Source: an uncultured Leptospirales bacterium
GTDB lineage: Bacteria; Spirochaetota; UBA4802; UBA5550
NCBI GenBank assembly: GCA_964392365.1
Contig: CAYMPH010000004.1
Location: 134,678 to 198,677 of the forward strand
Length of the DNA: 64,000 bases
Reading direction: 5' to 3'
The position numbers and the translations under genes were made by a program. Numbering within the stretch: the stretch's first letter is position 1; the number at the start of each line of letters is the position of its first letter. Under the pieces are notes generated by a model. That model was not told the origin of the DNA and did not search any database. It saw only the letters and a program-made list of their open reading frames with translations. Positions 28,746 through 37,724 of the stretch are shown here, piece after piece.

Positions 28746-30401
28746 ATGAAAATTACAGGCGCGGAAATTATTATCAGGTCACTTGAGGCTCATGGAGTAA
28801 ATATTATTGCTGGTATTCCAGGTGGATCAAATTTACCTTTATACAATGCTCTTCATAAAAGCGGGATCAGGCATATACTCGCACGGCATGAACAGGGAGC
28901 AGGATTTATCGCCCAGGGTATGGCAAGATCAACCGGAAAACCAGCAGTCTGCTTTGCAACATCCGGGCCTGGTGCAACAAATTTAATTACAGCTCTTGCA
29001 GATGCGAATATGGATTCTATCCCGATAATTGCAATAACGGGGCAGGTTCCGCTTTCCATGATGGGAAAAGATTCTTTTCAGGAAGTTGATATTTTCAGCA
29101 TGGCAAAATCTTTCACCAAGAAATGTTATCTTGCAGAATCCGCAGACGATCTTGAGGAAATAATCGCTGATGCTTTTTACACAGCCATGGAAGGCAGACC
29201 GGGTCCGATCCTGATTGATATACCGAAAAATGTTCAGCAGGAATATGCAATCTATAAAAATCTGCTGCCTCGCATTCATAAAAAAATAAAATATTCAGAT
29301 GACAGGATAATATTTGAAGCAGCAAAAATGATTAATAATTCCAGAAGACCTGTTTTATATATAGGCGGAGGGGTTATTATGGCTGAAGCATCAGAAGAAA
29401 TAAAAATCCTTGCCGAGAAAAACTGCATACCAACTGCATCAACCCTTATGGGTCTTGGCGTTATGCCGTCCGGTCATGCGCATAATCTTGGAATGCTTGG
29501 AATGCACGGCGACCTGTCCACAAATTTAATTCTCGATAAGGCAGATCTTCTAATTGCAGTTGGAGTTCGATTTGATGACAGGGCTGTAGGCAGAGCAATA
29601 GATTTCTGCAGGCATGCATCAATTATTCATATTGATATTGATCATTCTGAAATAGGGAAGATTAAAGAAACCAACATTGCTATTATCAGCGATGCCGGAG
29701 AATCTCTCAGAAAATTAATTCCTCTGATTAATAATGACTGCAGAACAGAATGGACCGGTATTGCTGATAAAATAATATCAGACAATAAAAAAATTGATTC
29801 TGATTTATTTGATTTTGAACATCCATTTGGAATTATTAAAAAAATCAGCGGGATAATGGATGATAACACAATAATTACAACTGATGTCGGCCAGCACCAG
29901 ATGTGGACAGCTCAGGCTTATAATTTCAAATCGCCGAGAACTTTTTTTACATCAGGCGGTCTCGGCACAATGGGTTTTGGACTCCCCTGCGCAATAGGCG
30001 CAGCTTTAGCAAACCCGGATAAAACAGTTCTGTGCATCAGCGGAGACGGTTCAATTCTCATGAATATTCAGGAGCTTGCAACTCTTGCAGATTATAATTT
30101 AAACATTAAAATTATTATTATGAATAACGGTCAGCTCGGGCTTGTACGTCAGCAGCAGGAACTGTTTTATGAAGGGAATTTCTGTGCATCTAAATTTATT
30201 ACAAGTCCTGATTTCGCAGGAATTGCAGAAAAATTCGGCATACAAAGCATTGATCTTGGAAAAGTTTCATTTCCGGAACTGGAACTTGAATCAGCATTAA
30301 TGTGCAGCGGCCCGGTTCTGATAAATATTCCAATTTATGAAGATCATAATGTACTGCCTATGGTTGCGCCGGGTAAAGCAAATATTGAGATGATAGTCTG
30401 A
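28746..30401 (+). CDS. ilvB: acetolactate synthase large subunit (TPP-dependent)
   Basis: Start MKITGAEIIIRSLEAHGV at the ATG 28746 with SD GAAGGAGA. TPP motif GDGSILMNIQELAT. The track ORF from 28590 includes upstream non-coding sequence. Confidence 0.85.
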   Translation: MKITGAEIIIRSLEAHGVNIIAGIPGGSNLPLYNALHKSGIRHILARHEQGAGFIAQGMARSTGKPAVCFATSGPGATNLITALADANMDSIPIIAITGQVPLSMMGKDSFQEVDIFSMAKSFTKKCYLAESADDLEEIIADAFYTAMEGRPGPILIDIPKNVQQEYAIYKNLLPRIHKKIKYSDDRIIFEAAKMINNSRRPVLYIGGGVIMAEASEEIKILAEKNCIPTASTLMGLGVMPSGHAHNLGMLGMHGDLSTNLILDKADLLIAVGVRFDDRAVGRAIDFCRHASIIHIDIDHSEIGKIKETNIAIISDAGESLRKLIPLINNDCRTEWTGIADKIISDNKKIDSDLFDFEHPFGIIKKISGIMDDNTIITTDVGQHQMWTAQAYNFKSPRTFFTSGGLGTMGFGLPCAIGAALANPDKTVLCISGDGSILMNIQELATLADYNLNIKIIIMNNGQLGLVRQQQELFYEGNFCASKFITSPDFAGIAEKFGIQSIDLGKVSFPELELESALMCSGPVLINIPIYEDHNVLPMVAPGKANIEMIV

Positions 30402-30413
30402 ATAATTTTATAA

Positions 30414-31661
30414 TCACGCTTTCTTTTTTTTTCTCTTTTTAGTCAGATTTTTAATTTGAGAAATTTTACTGAAAGCAAGCATTTTGAATTTTGTGGAATA
30501 TTCCCTTGAGGAAACAAGCTTATCAGCAAATGTTACGACATAGGATTCTTTATATTTTGGAGGATATATCGTAAGAGGCCACATGTGCTTTATTATAATA
30601 TCTTTTTCAATGCTGTTTAATGTAAAATATTTTTCTGAATTTGCAAGAGCAATTTTCGGATGCTCTATACCGTGAAATTTATCTGCAGCCAGATCAGGCA
30701 GATCGTGATTGCGCCAGTCGTAGCAGAAAAAATCGTGAAGAAGAGCGCCTCTTGTAGCTGATCTGTAATCAAGTTTTAAATATTTAGATATTCTAAAAGA
30801 TGTATAAGCAACATTTATTATATGCTCATAAATGCTTGAGCTGTGATGATAAAAATCTTTCAGCCTCTGATACTCACTGTTTGATGAAATCTCCCCGAGA
30901 ATTGCAAGAAATTCAGAATCATCAGCAGCTTTATGCTTCATTTTATTAATTCTGCCGTTCATCACTGCAAGCATCTCGTTTATCTTGACTTTAAATTCAT
31001 TTCTCAGATTTCTCTCAAGATAAATATTTAAATCAGGGAATGCGCTGAATAATCTTTTAAACTGGCGAAGCATGGAGTTGATTTCAATATTTGGCAGTTC
31101 AATGTACTGCTGGAAAAAAAGAGACAGTTTCTTTTTCAAATTGGTAAGATTAACTATAGAATAACTCAGATCAACTGCAAAATATATAATAACCAGAATG
31201 GATCCATGTATCAGATCGCTGGCTTTAATTTTTTCGATCAGGCTGTAAAAAAATGGATGAATAAAATATAGAAACACCATAGCTAGCACTGTCCATAATA
31301 CTGTATAGGTAGGGCAGATTATTCCTTTGTAATTAAATGCATTATATGTATAATCCCATAATTTGAAACCGAATATCCTCTCTACTATATAACCGATTAT
31401 TAATTCAATTAAAGTTGTAACTGAGGCAAATATCAGGATCTGCAGAGGAATCGAAAGGCTTCCTGACAATAAAGATATCGCTATTACAATAGCAGCTCCC
31501 AGGCCATAAATGGGAGTAAATGGCCCGAATAAAAAACCTGCATTAACAAACCTGCGCCTTGGAATTGATCTGTAAATTACTTCAATTACCCAGCCCAGAA
31601 AGGAATATAAAGCAAACAGCGTTACAGCCTGCGCAAAGTGAAGTCTGAAATGTTCGAGCAT
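30414..31661 (-). CDS. membrane protein with C-terminal HD-domain phosphohydrolase
   Basis: 415 aa ORF with about 6 N-terminal TM helices and the HD motif (LLHDFFCYDW...HGIEHP). Confidence 0.65.
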   Translation of the reverse strand: MLEHFRLHFAQAVTLFALYSFLGWVIEVIYRSIPRRRFVNAGFLFGPFTPIYGLGAAIVIAISLLSGSLSIPLQILIFASVTTLIELIIGYIVERIFGFKLWDYTYNAFNYKGIICPTYTVLWTVLAMVFLYFIHPFFYSLIEKIKASDLIHGSILVIIYFAVDLSYSIVNLTNLKKKLSLFFQQYIELPNIEINSMLRQFKRLFSAFPDLNIYLERNLRNEFKVKINEMLAVMNGRINKMKHKAADDSEFLAILGEISSNSEYQRLKDFYHHSSSIYEHIINVAYTSFRISKYLKLDYRSATRGALLHDFFCYDWRNHDLPDLAADKFHGIEHPKIALANSEKYFTLNSIEKDIIIKHMWPLTIYPPKYKESYVVTFADKLVSSREYSTKFKMLAFSKISQIKNLTKKRKKKKA

Positions 31662-31741
31662 TATTTATGTCTCCGGATAAACAAGGGTTGAATTTTTATT
31701 ATTTTTTTATAGTTAGATAATAATAAAAAAGTTATATTGTA

Positions 31742-32194
31742 TCAAGATAATTTTTGTGCATAATCTTCAATAAATTCAACTTTGTCACAGTACTGCATCA
31801 TTGATATAACAAGAGGTTGCAACCCCTTATTATCCTGCAATCCATGTTTTTTTCTATTATTAATAATATATTCTGCAGTTTTATATAATTGAACTTCAGA
31901 CTTAATAAGCCATTTGTTGAACTTCTGTGCCCATAAATGAATTTTTTCATGTGCTGGTATTCCAATAATCTCTTTATAACGCTGCGCTGATTTACCTTTC
32001 AGCAGTCTTATTATATTTGAAATTTCTTCTATATTACAACCAATAAGCATATGAATATGATCTCTGCAAATATTATAGGCATATATCATATATTTTTTTT
32101 CATAAACAATTTCAGAAATTATTTTTGTTATTAATATTTCTGTTTGCTCATCAAACCATACAGGTTCATTGTATTTTACTTTAAAATCAATCAT
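31742..32194 (-). CDS. HUH-family Y1 transposase (IS200-like TnpA / RAYT)
   Basis: HUH motif DHIHMLI and catalytic Tyr context LYKTAEYIINN. Probable start MIDFKVKYNEP at 32192-32194. The track ORF to 32311 reads through the 5' hairpin. Confidence 0.7.
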   Translation of the reverse strand: MIDFKVKYNEPVWFDEQTEILITKIISEIVYEKKYMIYAYNICRDHIHMLIGCNIEEISNIIRLLKGKSAQRYKEIIGIPAHEKIHLWAQKFNKWLIKSEVQLYKTAEYIINNRKKHGLQDNKGLQPLVISMMQYCDKVEFIEDYAQKLS

Positions 32195-32290
32195 TCGTTG
32201 TGATACCCGGGAATTATATGTAACCCATGTTATATGATATATTGCAGAGCATAAAACCGTTTCATCAGAACAAGGGGTTACAACCCCTTG
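31811..32290 (-). mobile_element. IS200/IS605-like or REP-associated (RAYT) Y1-transposase unit flanked by direct copies of a GGGGTT(A/G)CAACCCC hairpin
   Basis: Hairpins CAAGAGGTTGCAACCCCTTAT (31811-31830) and CAAGGGGTTACAACCCCTTG (32271-32290) bracket a HUH-Y1 transposase gene. The unit is inserted between the LpxL-like gene and the HD-membrane gene. Confidence 0.65.
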
Positions 32291-32307
32291 TTCTACAGTT
32301 ATTAAAG

Positions 32308-33201
32308 TCATTTTTTTACCTTGAGCAGCTTATCACCTAAAAATTTATCAAAATGATACCACTCAAAAGGATGCTCCCTGAGTGATGATTCAAGTTTATC
32401 AGCGTACCATTGTGCTGTCTCGGCAATTTTTTCCTTTCTTGCTTTTCTGTCTGCAGGTTCAACATAGCGCGGCTCGGAAAATGAAAATGAATAGGAACTT
32501 TTCCCGGTTCTGAATGCAAAGAATATCAGAATCGGCGCTCCTGAAAGAAGAGAAAGCACAAATGGAATTTCAGGTATAGAAGCCTCGTGATCCAGAAATT
32601 TTATCTTAACAGCTTTCTGGTCCTGCTTCCATATTCTGTCGCCTGTCATGGCAACAACACCGCCTTCTTTTAAAAAATTTACTCCATCTATAATATCAAA
32701 AGGCGAACCTCCGTCTTTCTCCACAGCAATTATTTTAATGCCGCTCTGAACAAGGCTCGTTTTCTGCATTTTCTCAAGCTGCTCTTTGTTTTTTATTCCC
32801 ATATATAAAAGAATTTCAGTTCCTTTCTTTTTCAGAAGATGGGCTGCAATCTCCCAGTTGCCCATATGAGACATTAAAATAATTGCGCCTTTTTTATTAT
32901 CAACAAGATCATCCAGATTACTTCTTCCGGTTGATGTATATTCAATTTTTCCTTTTTCAAGCATTAGAAATCTATCGAGAAATACAGTAGTGAAATTTTT
33001 AAACTGTTTCCATACGCAGGCTGATAAATAGAAAAAATTTTTATCCGGGAAAATCTGTCTGTAAAAATAAATACCGGATAGAACCATCCGCGGGGAAAAG
33101 AGAAAAAAACCTCCGGCAATTAAAATTGCGCCATAGGAGAAAATTTTTTCTCCAAAAATTTTTGTGAAAAATGCAAGAAGCCTGTGAAAAAATTCTGCCA
33201 T
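32308..33201 (-). CDS. lipid A biosynthesis lauroyl/myristoyl acyltransferase family (LpxL/HtrB-like lysophospholipid acyltransferase)
   Basis: 297 aa ORF with an N-terminal TM and the HxxxxD-type motif SHMGNWE, plus GGVVAMTGDR. Confidence 0.65.
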   Translation of the reverse strand: MAEFFHRLLAFFTKIFGEKIFSYGAILIAGGFFLFSPRMVLSGIYFYRQIFPDKNFFYLSACVWKQFKNFTTVFLDRFLMLEKGKIEYTSTGRSNLDDLVDNKKGAIILMSHMGNWEIAAHLLKKKGTEILLYMGIKNKEQLEKMQKTSLVQSGIKIIAVEKDGGSPFDIIDGVNFLKEGGVVAMTGDRIWKQDQKAVKIKFLDHEASIPEIPFVLSLLSGAPILIFFAFRTGKSSYSFSFSEPRYVEPADRKARKEKIAETAQWYADKLESSLREHPFEWYHFDKFLGDKLLKVKK

Positions 33202-33204
33202 AAG

Positions 33205-33948
33205 TTAAACTTTACGCTTTTTCCTGATAAATTTAGGAATTACAATTCTCTGAAAGATTAATTTTGTGAAAACTGAAGAATTTCTCATGAAATCAACAAA
33301 CGGCCTGAAATGAGAAATTCTCTGCATTCCGGGAGTATATGTTACACTAATGGGGCATTCTATAACTTCAATACCCTTCCAGTTGGCCTTAACCATTATT
33401 TCAACTTCAAACTGAAACCTTTTAGATTTCACATCAAGCTGAAGAGATTCCGGAACAGGATAAATTCTGAAACCGCTCTGCGTATCTTTTACATCAGGAC
33501 CCCCTGAGCATCTTACCCAGAAATTGGAAAATTTTCTGCCGAAACTGCTGGTCCATGGAACATCAGCTGCAGACATGCCCTCTCTCATTCCAACAATGAT
33601 AGGCCTTTTGCCTACCGGGATTGAATTAATCATATTAATTGCGTCAGCAGGGTCATGCTGCCCGTCAGCATCAATGGTTATCACCCAGTCGGCAGATTTT
33701 GCTGCTTCAGAAAAACCGGTCATAAGCGCTGCGCCTTTCCCGAGATTCTCTTTATGTGTTATAATTTTAATGCCGGGAATTTTTCTGATGTTAGCCGCAC
33801 CGGAATCAGTTGATCCATCATCAACAACTATTACAGGAAATTTGAGTTTCAGAACTTTTTTTACTACATCAGCAATTTTCTGCTCGTGATTATAGAGAGG
33901 AATAAGTACTGCAAAGCGTCCCTTATTTATTTTTTTAACAGCAGCCAT
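33205..33948 (-). CDS. family-2 glycosyltransferase (polyprenyl-phosphate sugar synthase-like)
   Basis: 247 aa ORF with the GT2 motifs VLIPLYNHEQ, VVDDGSTDS and ITIDADGQHDP. Confidence 0.8.
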   Translation of the reverse strand: MAAVKKINKGRFAVLIPLYNHEQKIADVVKKVLKLKFPVIVVDDGSTDSGAANIRKIPGIKIITHKENLGKGAALMTGFSEAAKSADWVITIDADGQHDPADAINMINSIPVGKRPIIVGMREGMSAADVPWTSSFGRKFSNFWVRCSGGPDVKDTQSGFRIYPVPESLQLDVKSKRFQFEVEIMVKANWKGIEVIECPISVTYTPGMQRISHFRPFVDFMRNSSVFTKLIFQRIVIPKFIRKKRKV

Positions 33949-34806
33949 TTAATTATTTTCCGGGAGAAAAGCTATGCCCCACGTGCCGGGACCTGTATGT
34001 ACTCCGGTAGTAAGCGAAAGCGGCTGTAAAATTATTTCTGCCTTTGGATATATTTCTTTTATTTTTACTGTAATTTCATCCTCAACACGCTTTTTGTTGT
34101 CAGTGTATTCCAGCATTATAAAAGGAGAAGCGCTATCAGATACAGATAATGCCAATCTCCGTATTGAAAATTTCAACTGATCTGCATGAGTACGCACAAC
34201 GCCTGCCTTGGCAGCACCATCAGGACATGGACTGATTACTGGTTTCATTTTCATTACATCTCCGAAAAATGCGCTCGTTTTTGAAAGCCTGCCCCCTGCT
34301 GCAAGATAATGAAGTTTCTCCAGAAAAATATATTCTTCAGATTTTAAAATTATCTCTTTCGAATATTCAATTACCTTTTCCGCATCATTTCCTTTTAATG
34401 TATACTGTGCCGCTTTCAGCACTGGAATAGCAAGTCTGCCTGATGCATATCCGGTATCTATAACCGTAAACCTGTTATCTTTATCATTATTTTTTTTCCA
34501 TTCTACTGCTGCAGAGTAATTGCCTGTATATATTGATCCCACACACAAATACAGAACTCTATCATATTTTTTTAAAGCTTCAGAATATTTTTCCTGTCTC
34601 TCAGCAAGTGATGACTGGGCAGTAGAAGCTTTAGTTCCATTCAACATTTCGCTGTAAACTTCGATAGGATCAATAGATTTTTCCGGAACAGATTTTTTTC
34701 CGATATTCACAACACTTTGAAGAAGCGTGAATTCATATTTTTCAGAATCATCGAATGTTAAAGAGCCTGCAGCATCGGTGATAATATGAATTTTTTTATC
34801 AGGCAT
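33949..34806 (-). CDS. DegV-family fatty-acid-binding protein
   Basis: 285 aa ORF. The N-terminal IHIITDAAGSLT resembles the DegV IxIVTDSTxDL signature. Confidence 0.55.
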   Translation of the reverse strand: MPDKKIHIITDAAGSLTFDDSEKYEFTLLQSVVNIGKKSVPEKSIDPIEVYSEMLNGTKASTAQSSLAERQEKYSEALKKYDRVLYLCVGSIYTGNYSAAVEWKKNNDKDNRFTVIDTGYASGRLAIPVLKAAQYTLKGNDAEKVIEYSKEIILKSEEYIFLEKLHYLAAGGRLSKTSAFFGDVMKMKPVISPCPDGAAKAGVVRTHADQLKFSIRRLALSVSDSASPFIMLEYTDNKKRVEDEITVKIKEIYPKAEIILQPLSLTTGVHTGPGTWGIAFLPENN

Positions 34807-34928
34807 AAAATCTCCTTAATTCTACCATTACAGTCATTCCCTAGAATACTTCGTCATCGCTCAGTACAGGTGCGGAAATCTAATTCTATATTCCGGATCC
34901 CAGCATTCGCGATGTTGACAAAATGTAA

Positions 34929-35372
34929 TCAGAATCCAAGTGCTTTTGATATTTCTTCAGGAATTACCAATGACATTTCAAGCTCACCAGTCTCCTCCTG
35001 GTTTATCACAGCCACCTGCTCGCTTGTTCCTTTTGCTGAAATTCTTCCGTCTTTCACAAGGCGGATTTCAAATTCTGTGACAATTTTATATTTCGCAGCT
35101 GTAACTGTTGCTTTAACAATGAACTCATCCCTGTGACGAAGAGGAAATATATGCTTTGTTGTACTTTTAATCAGCGGGAAAAGGTATTTTGTTTTATTAT
35201 AAAATCCGTACAGGTCAATACCAAGACTGTCAAAGAGAGCGGATCTGGCATTATCAAAATATTTCAGATAATTTCCATGCCACACAACATGCATCGGATC
35301 AAGATCATAGAACGGAACTGTCATTTTAATTTCAGCGCTTTTATAAATAATTTCCGGGTTTTTATGATTCAT
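34929..35372 (-). CDS. acyl-CoA thioesterase (4HBT / hotdog fold, YbgC-like)
   Basis: YDLDPMHVVWHGNYLKYFDNARSALF is the hotdog thioesterase catalytic region. The likely start is the ATG at 35370-35372. The track ORF extends to 35444. Confidence 0.65.
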   Translation of the reverse strand: MNHKNPEIIYKSAEIKMTVPFYDLDPMHVVWHGNYLKYFDNARSALFDSLGIDLYGFYNKTKYLFPLIKSTTKHIFPLRHRDEFIVKATVTAAKYKIVTEFEIRLVKDGRISAKGTSEQVAVINQEETGELEMSLVIPEEISKALGF

Positions 35373-35382
35373 AATATCAGCC

Positions 35383-36912
35383 TCAAAAATTAAAAATTTC
35401 CGAATCGCGTACTGCAAGTGCAAGTTTTTCAATATCAGCATCAAGAGGTCTGTCTTCTTTTACCTGTGCAGATATTTTCCTTACATCATTTACAAGCTTC
35501 TGTATATGCTTCCTTATAGAAACATTTCCCCTGATCTCGCAGGCCTGAACTGCAGCAAGAAGATGCATTGACGCCGTTTTTTCAGCAAGCTCACATATCT
35601 TACGCGCATCTCTGGCAGAATGTGATCCCATGCTGACCTTGTCCTGGTTATGGGATTCTGTTGATCTTGAAAATGAAGCAGCAGGAAATGTGAGCTTCAA
35701 AGCTTCAGCAGCAAGAGAAGAAGATGCAATTGATATAGCTTTGAATCCGTGATTATATACTTTTTCATCTCCTGTAAGTGAAACAAGATCAGCAGGAAGG
35801 CCCCTGTTTACATTCGGATTGCACAGCAGCTGTATCTGGCGGTCCATCATATCTACAGCTGAAGCTACAGCAGCCTTTAAAGCATCCATTGCAAAAGCTA
35901 CATGACCTCCGTAAAAATTCCCGCCCATAAGAACTTCGCCTGAAGCCGTATCAAATATTGGATTATCATTTGCGCTGTTTGATTCTATCTTTATCCACTC
36001 CCTGATCCAGACAAGTGAATCTGATAAAACTCCAAGTATCTGCGGAGCGCATCTTATTGAATACGGGTCCTGAAGCGTTTCAAGCTCATTGGCTACAAGA
36101 TCATCAGGCACTTTAGTTGTTTCAAGAAGAGACAGTATTCTTTCAGAAATATATTTCTGACCCGGATGCGGTTTTGCCTCGGATATCGGTGCATAATAAT
36201 GATGGTCATTTCCTTTTAATGCATGTATTGAAAGTGCAGTCGAACAGATCGCGGCATTCAGTATTTTTTCTGCCCTATTAATTGCCATAACGCCGATTCC
36301 GCACATTGCAGCTGTTCCATTCATTATGGCAAGCGGCTCTTTCGGCTTGAACACATATGGTTTCAATCCTGCTTTTTTTATTGCATCTGCAGCAGGCATT
36401 CTTTCGCCTTTATAGAAAACCTCCCTGTCGCCTGCTAGAGCTGCAGCAACATAAGACATTGGAGTAAGATCCCCGGATGCGCCTACAGAACCTTCTTCCG
36501 GAACAACAGGTGTTATATCGTGATTTAAGAAATCAGCCATTGCATTCATCAGTTCAATAGAAACCCCTGAATAACCTCTGGCAAAACACAGAATCCTTGA
36601 AAAAACTGCAGCCCTCACCTCATATATTGCAAGAGGCTGGCCTGTTCCGCACCCGTGAAATCTGATGAGATTATTTCCATTTTTAATTGCAACATCCATT
36701 GCCATACGCTTGCCGCATGACTTGCCGTATCCGGTTGTTACGCCGTAAACCGGAATTTCGTTTTCCATTGCTTTATGAAGAAGCTCTCTTGAAGATTCTA
36801 TTGTTTTAACAAACGAATTTTCTTCGCTTATTTTAACTTTTACCTGATTTTTTGCAGCTGCTATTATTACTTCTATATCTGCGAAATTCTTATCTACTGT
36901 TATTTCACGCAT
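35383..36912 (-). CDS. aromatic amino acid ammonia-lyase (HAL/PAL/TAL family, MIO cofactor)
   Basis: 509 aa ORF with the MIO-forming tripeptide in GSVGASGDLTPMSY and strong full-length similarity to histidine/tyrosine ammonia-lyases. Confidence 0.85.
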   Translation of the reverse strand: MREITVDKNFADIEVIIAAAKNQVKVKISEENSFVKTIESSRELLHKAMENEIPVYGVTTGYGKSCGKRMAMDVAIKNGNNLIRFHGCGTGQPLAIYEVRAAVFSRILCFARGYSGVSIELMNAMADFLNHDITPVVPEEGSVGASGDLTPMSYVAAALAGDREVFYKGERMPAADAIKKAGLKPYVFKPKEPLAIMNGTAAMCGIGVMAINRAEKILNAAICSTALSIHALKGNDHHYYAPISEAKPHPGQKYISERILSLLETTKVPDDLVANELETLQDPYSIRCAPQILGVLSDSLVWIREWIKIESNSANDNPIFDTASGEVLMGGNFYGGHVAFAMDALKAAVASAVDMMDRQIQLLCNPNVNRGLPADLVSLTGDEKVYNHGFKAISIASSSLAAEALKLTFPAASFSRSTESHNQDKVSMGSHSARDARKICELAEKTASMHLLAAVQACEIRGNVSIRKHIQKLVNDVRKISAQVKEDRPLDADIEKLALAVRDSEIFNF

Positions 36913-37239
36913 TTCAAATCCCCAAAAAGATTTTTATAAAATTTATTTAAATTTAAAAAAAGTTCAAGTAATAACTTTTACCATGAAATTTTTTGTCAAG
37001 AGATTATTTTGGGGCTTCTTTTAAATCGCTATATTCCCAGTTGAGGGCTTAATTACAGCTCAGCATCAATTTGAATAAATTTTTCTGATGTTATACAGAG
37101 GTTGCTATAATTTAAATCGGAGCTTGTACCTTTAATGAAAGAGGCAGTAACATTTTCTAAACGTGAAAAAAAGGTTTACTCCTTGAATGCAAGGTTTAGA
37201 ATATTCGAGAAGAAGGATTGCTTTTAATCCGGAAAAGCA

Positions 37240-37625
37240 ACCCTCCTTCTCGACTTCTGCCGGACAGGATGTACCAATGCCGCGAAGTCCAAGGATGGAC
37301 GTGAGCGGCCACCCGAAACCGGCCTCTCAGTAGCCGAGGAGGCTTAATGAACTTTATCTTATTTAAATCTGTTTTTTTAAGGAAAATTAATCTTCTCTTC
37401 CGGAGTAAAAAACTCCCTTTCGCCGGTTATGAAGTAACCGGCTCGAATGGAAATAAATCATTCAATCCAAGCCGATGCAGACTTCACCGGCGGAATAGCT
37501 ATATTTTACAATCAGCTTTAAGAAAATATTCATTTAAACTGAAACAAGTATTATTCAGATAAAAGCCATCAGCCTCTGCGGCTACTGAGCAGGCGGCGGT
37601 GGGTGGAGTCTCGAGGAGGGAGGCA
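37240..37625. other. GC-rich structured non-coding element with nested long-range inverted repeats (candidate structured ncRNA or MITE)
   Basis: The outer arm CCCTCCTTCTCGACTTC (37242-37258) pairs with GGAGTCTCGAGGAGGG (37605-37620). The inner arm GGCCTCTCAGTAGCCGAGGAGGC (37321-37343) pairs with GCCTCTGCGGCTACTGAGCAGGCGGC (37572-37597). An AT-rich interior of about 230 nt carries several local hairpins. No credible ORF in the 812-nt intergenic region. Confidence 0.45.
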
Positions 37626-37724
37626 TGCTGCTTAAATGCCTCCATTCTTGAGAAATCTGCAACACCTCACTTCTGAGGAGATGTTTAGGTTCATTAACCT
37701 AGAAGCCCTGCGCCAGCAAAAAAA

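Noticed and set aside
37240-37625. RNase P RNA or tmRNA identity for the GC-rich structured element
   Set aside because: Its size (about 380 nt) and closing long-range helix looked suggestive. However, no GGAAAGUCCGGGCUCC / ACAGAACCCGGCUUA P4 strands and no tmRNA GGUUCGAAUCC T-arm or tag-peptide frame could be found on either strand. It stays an unassigned structured element.
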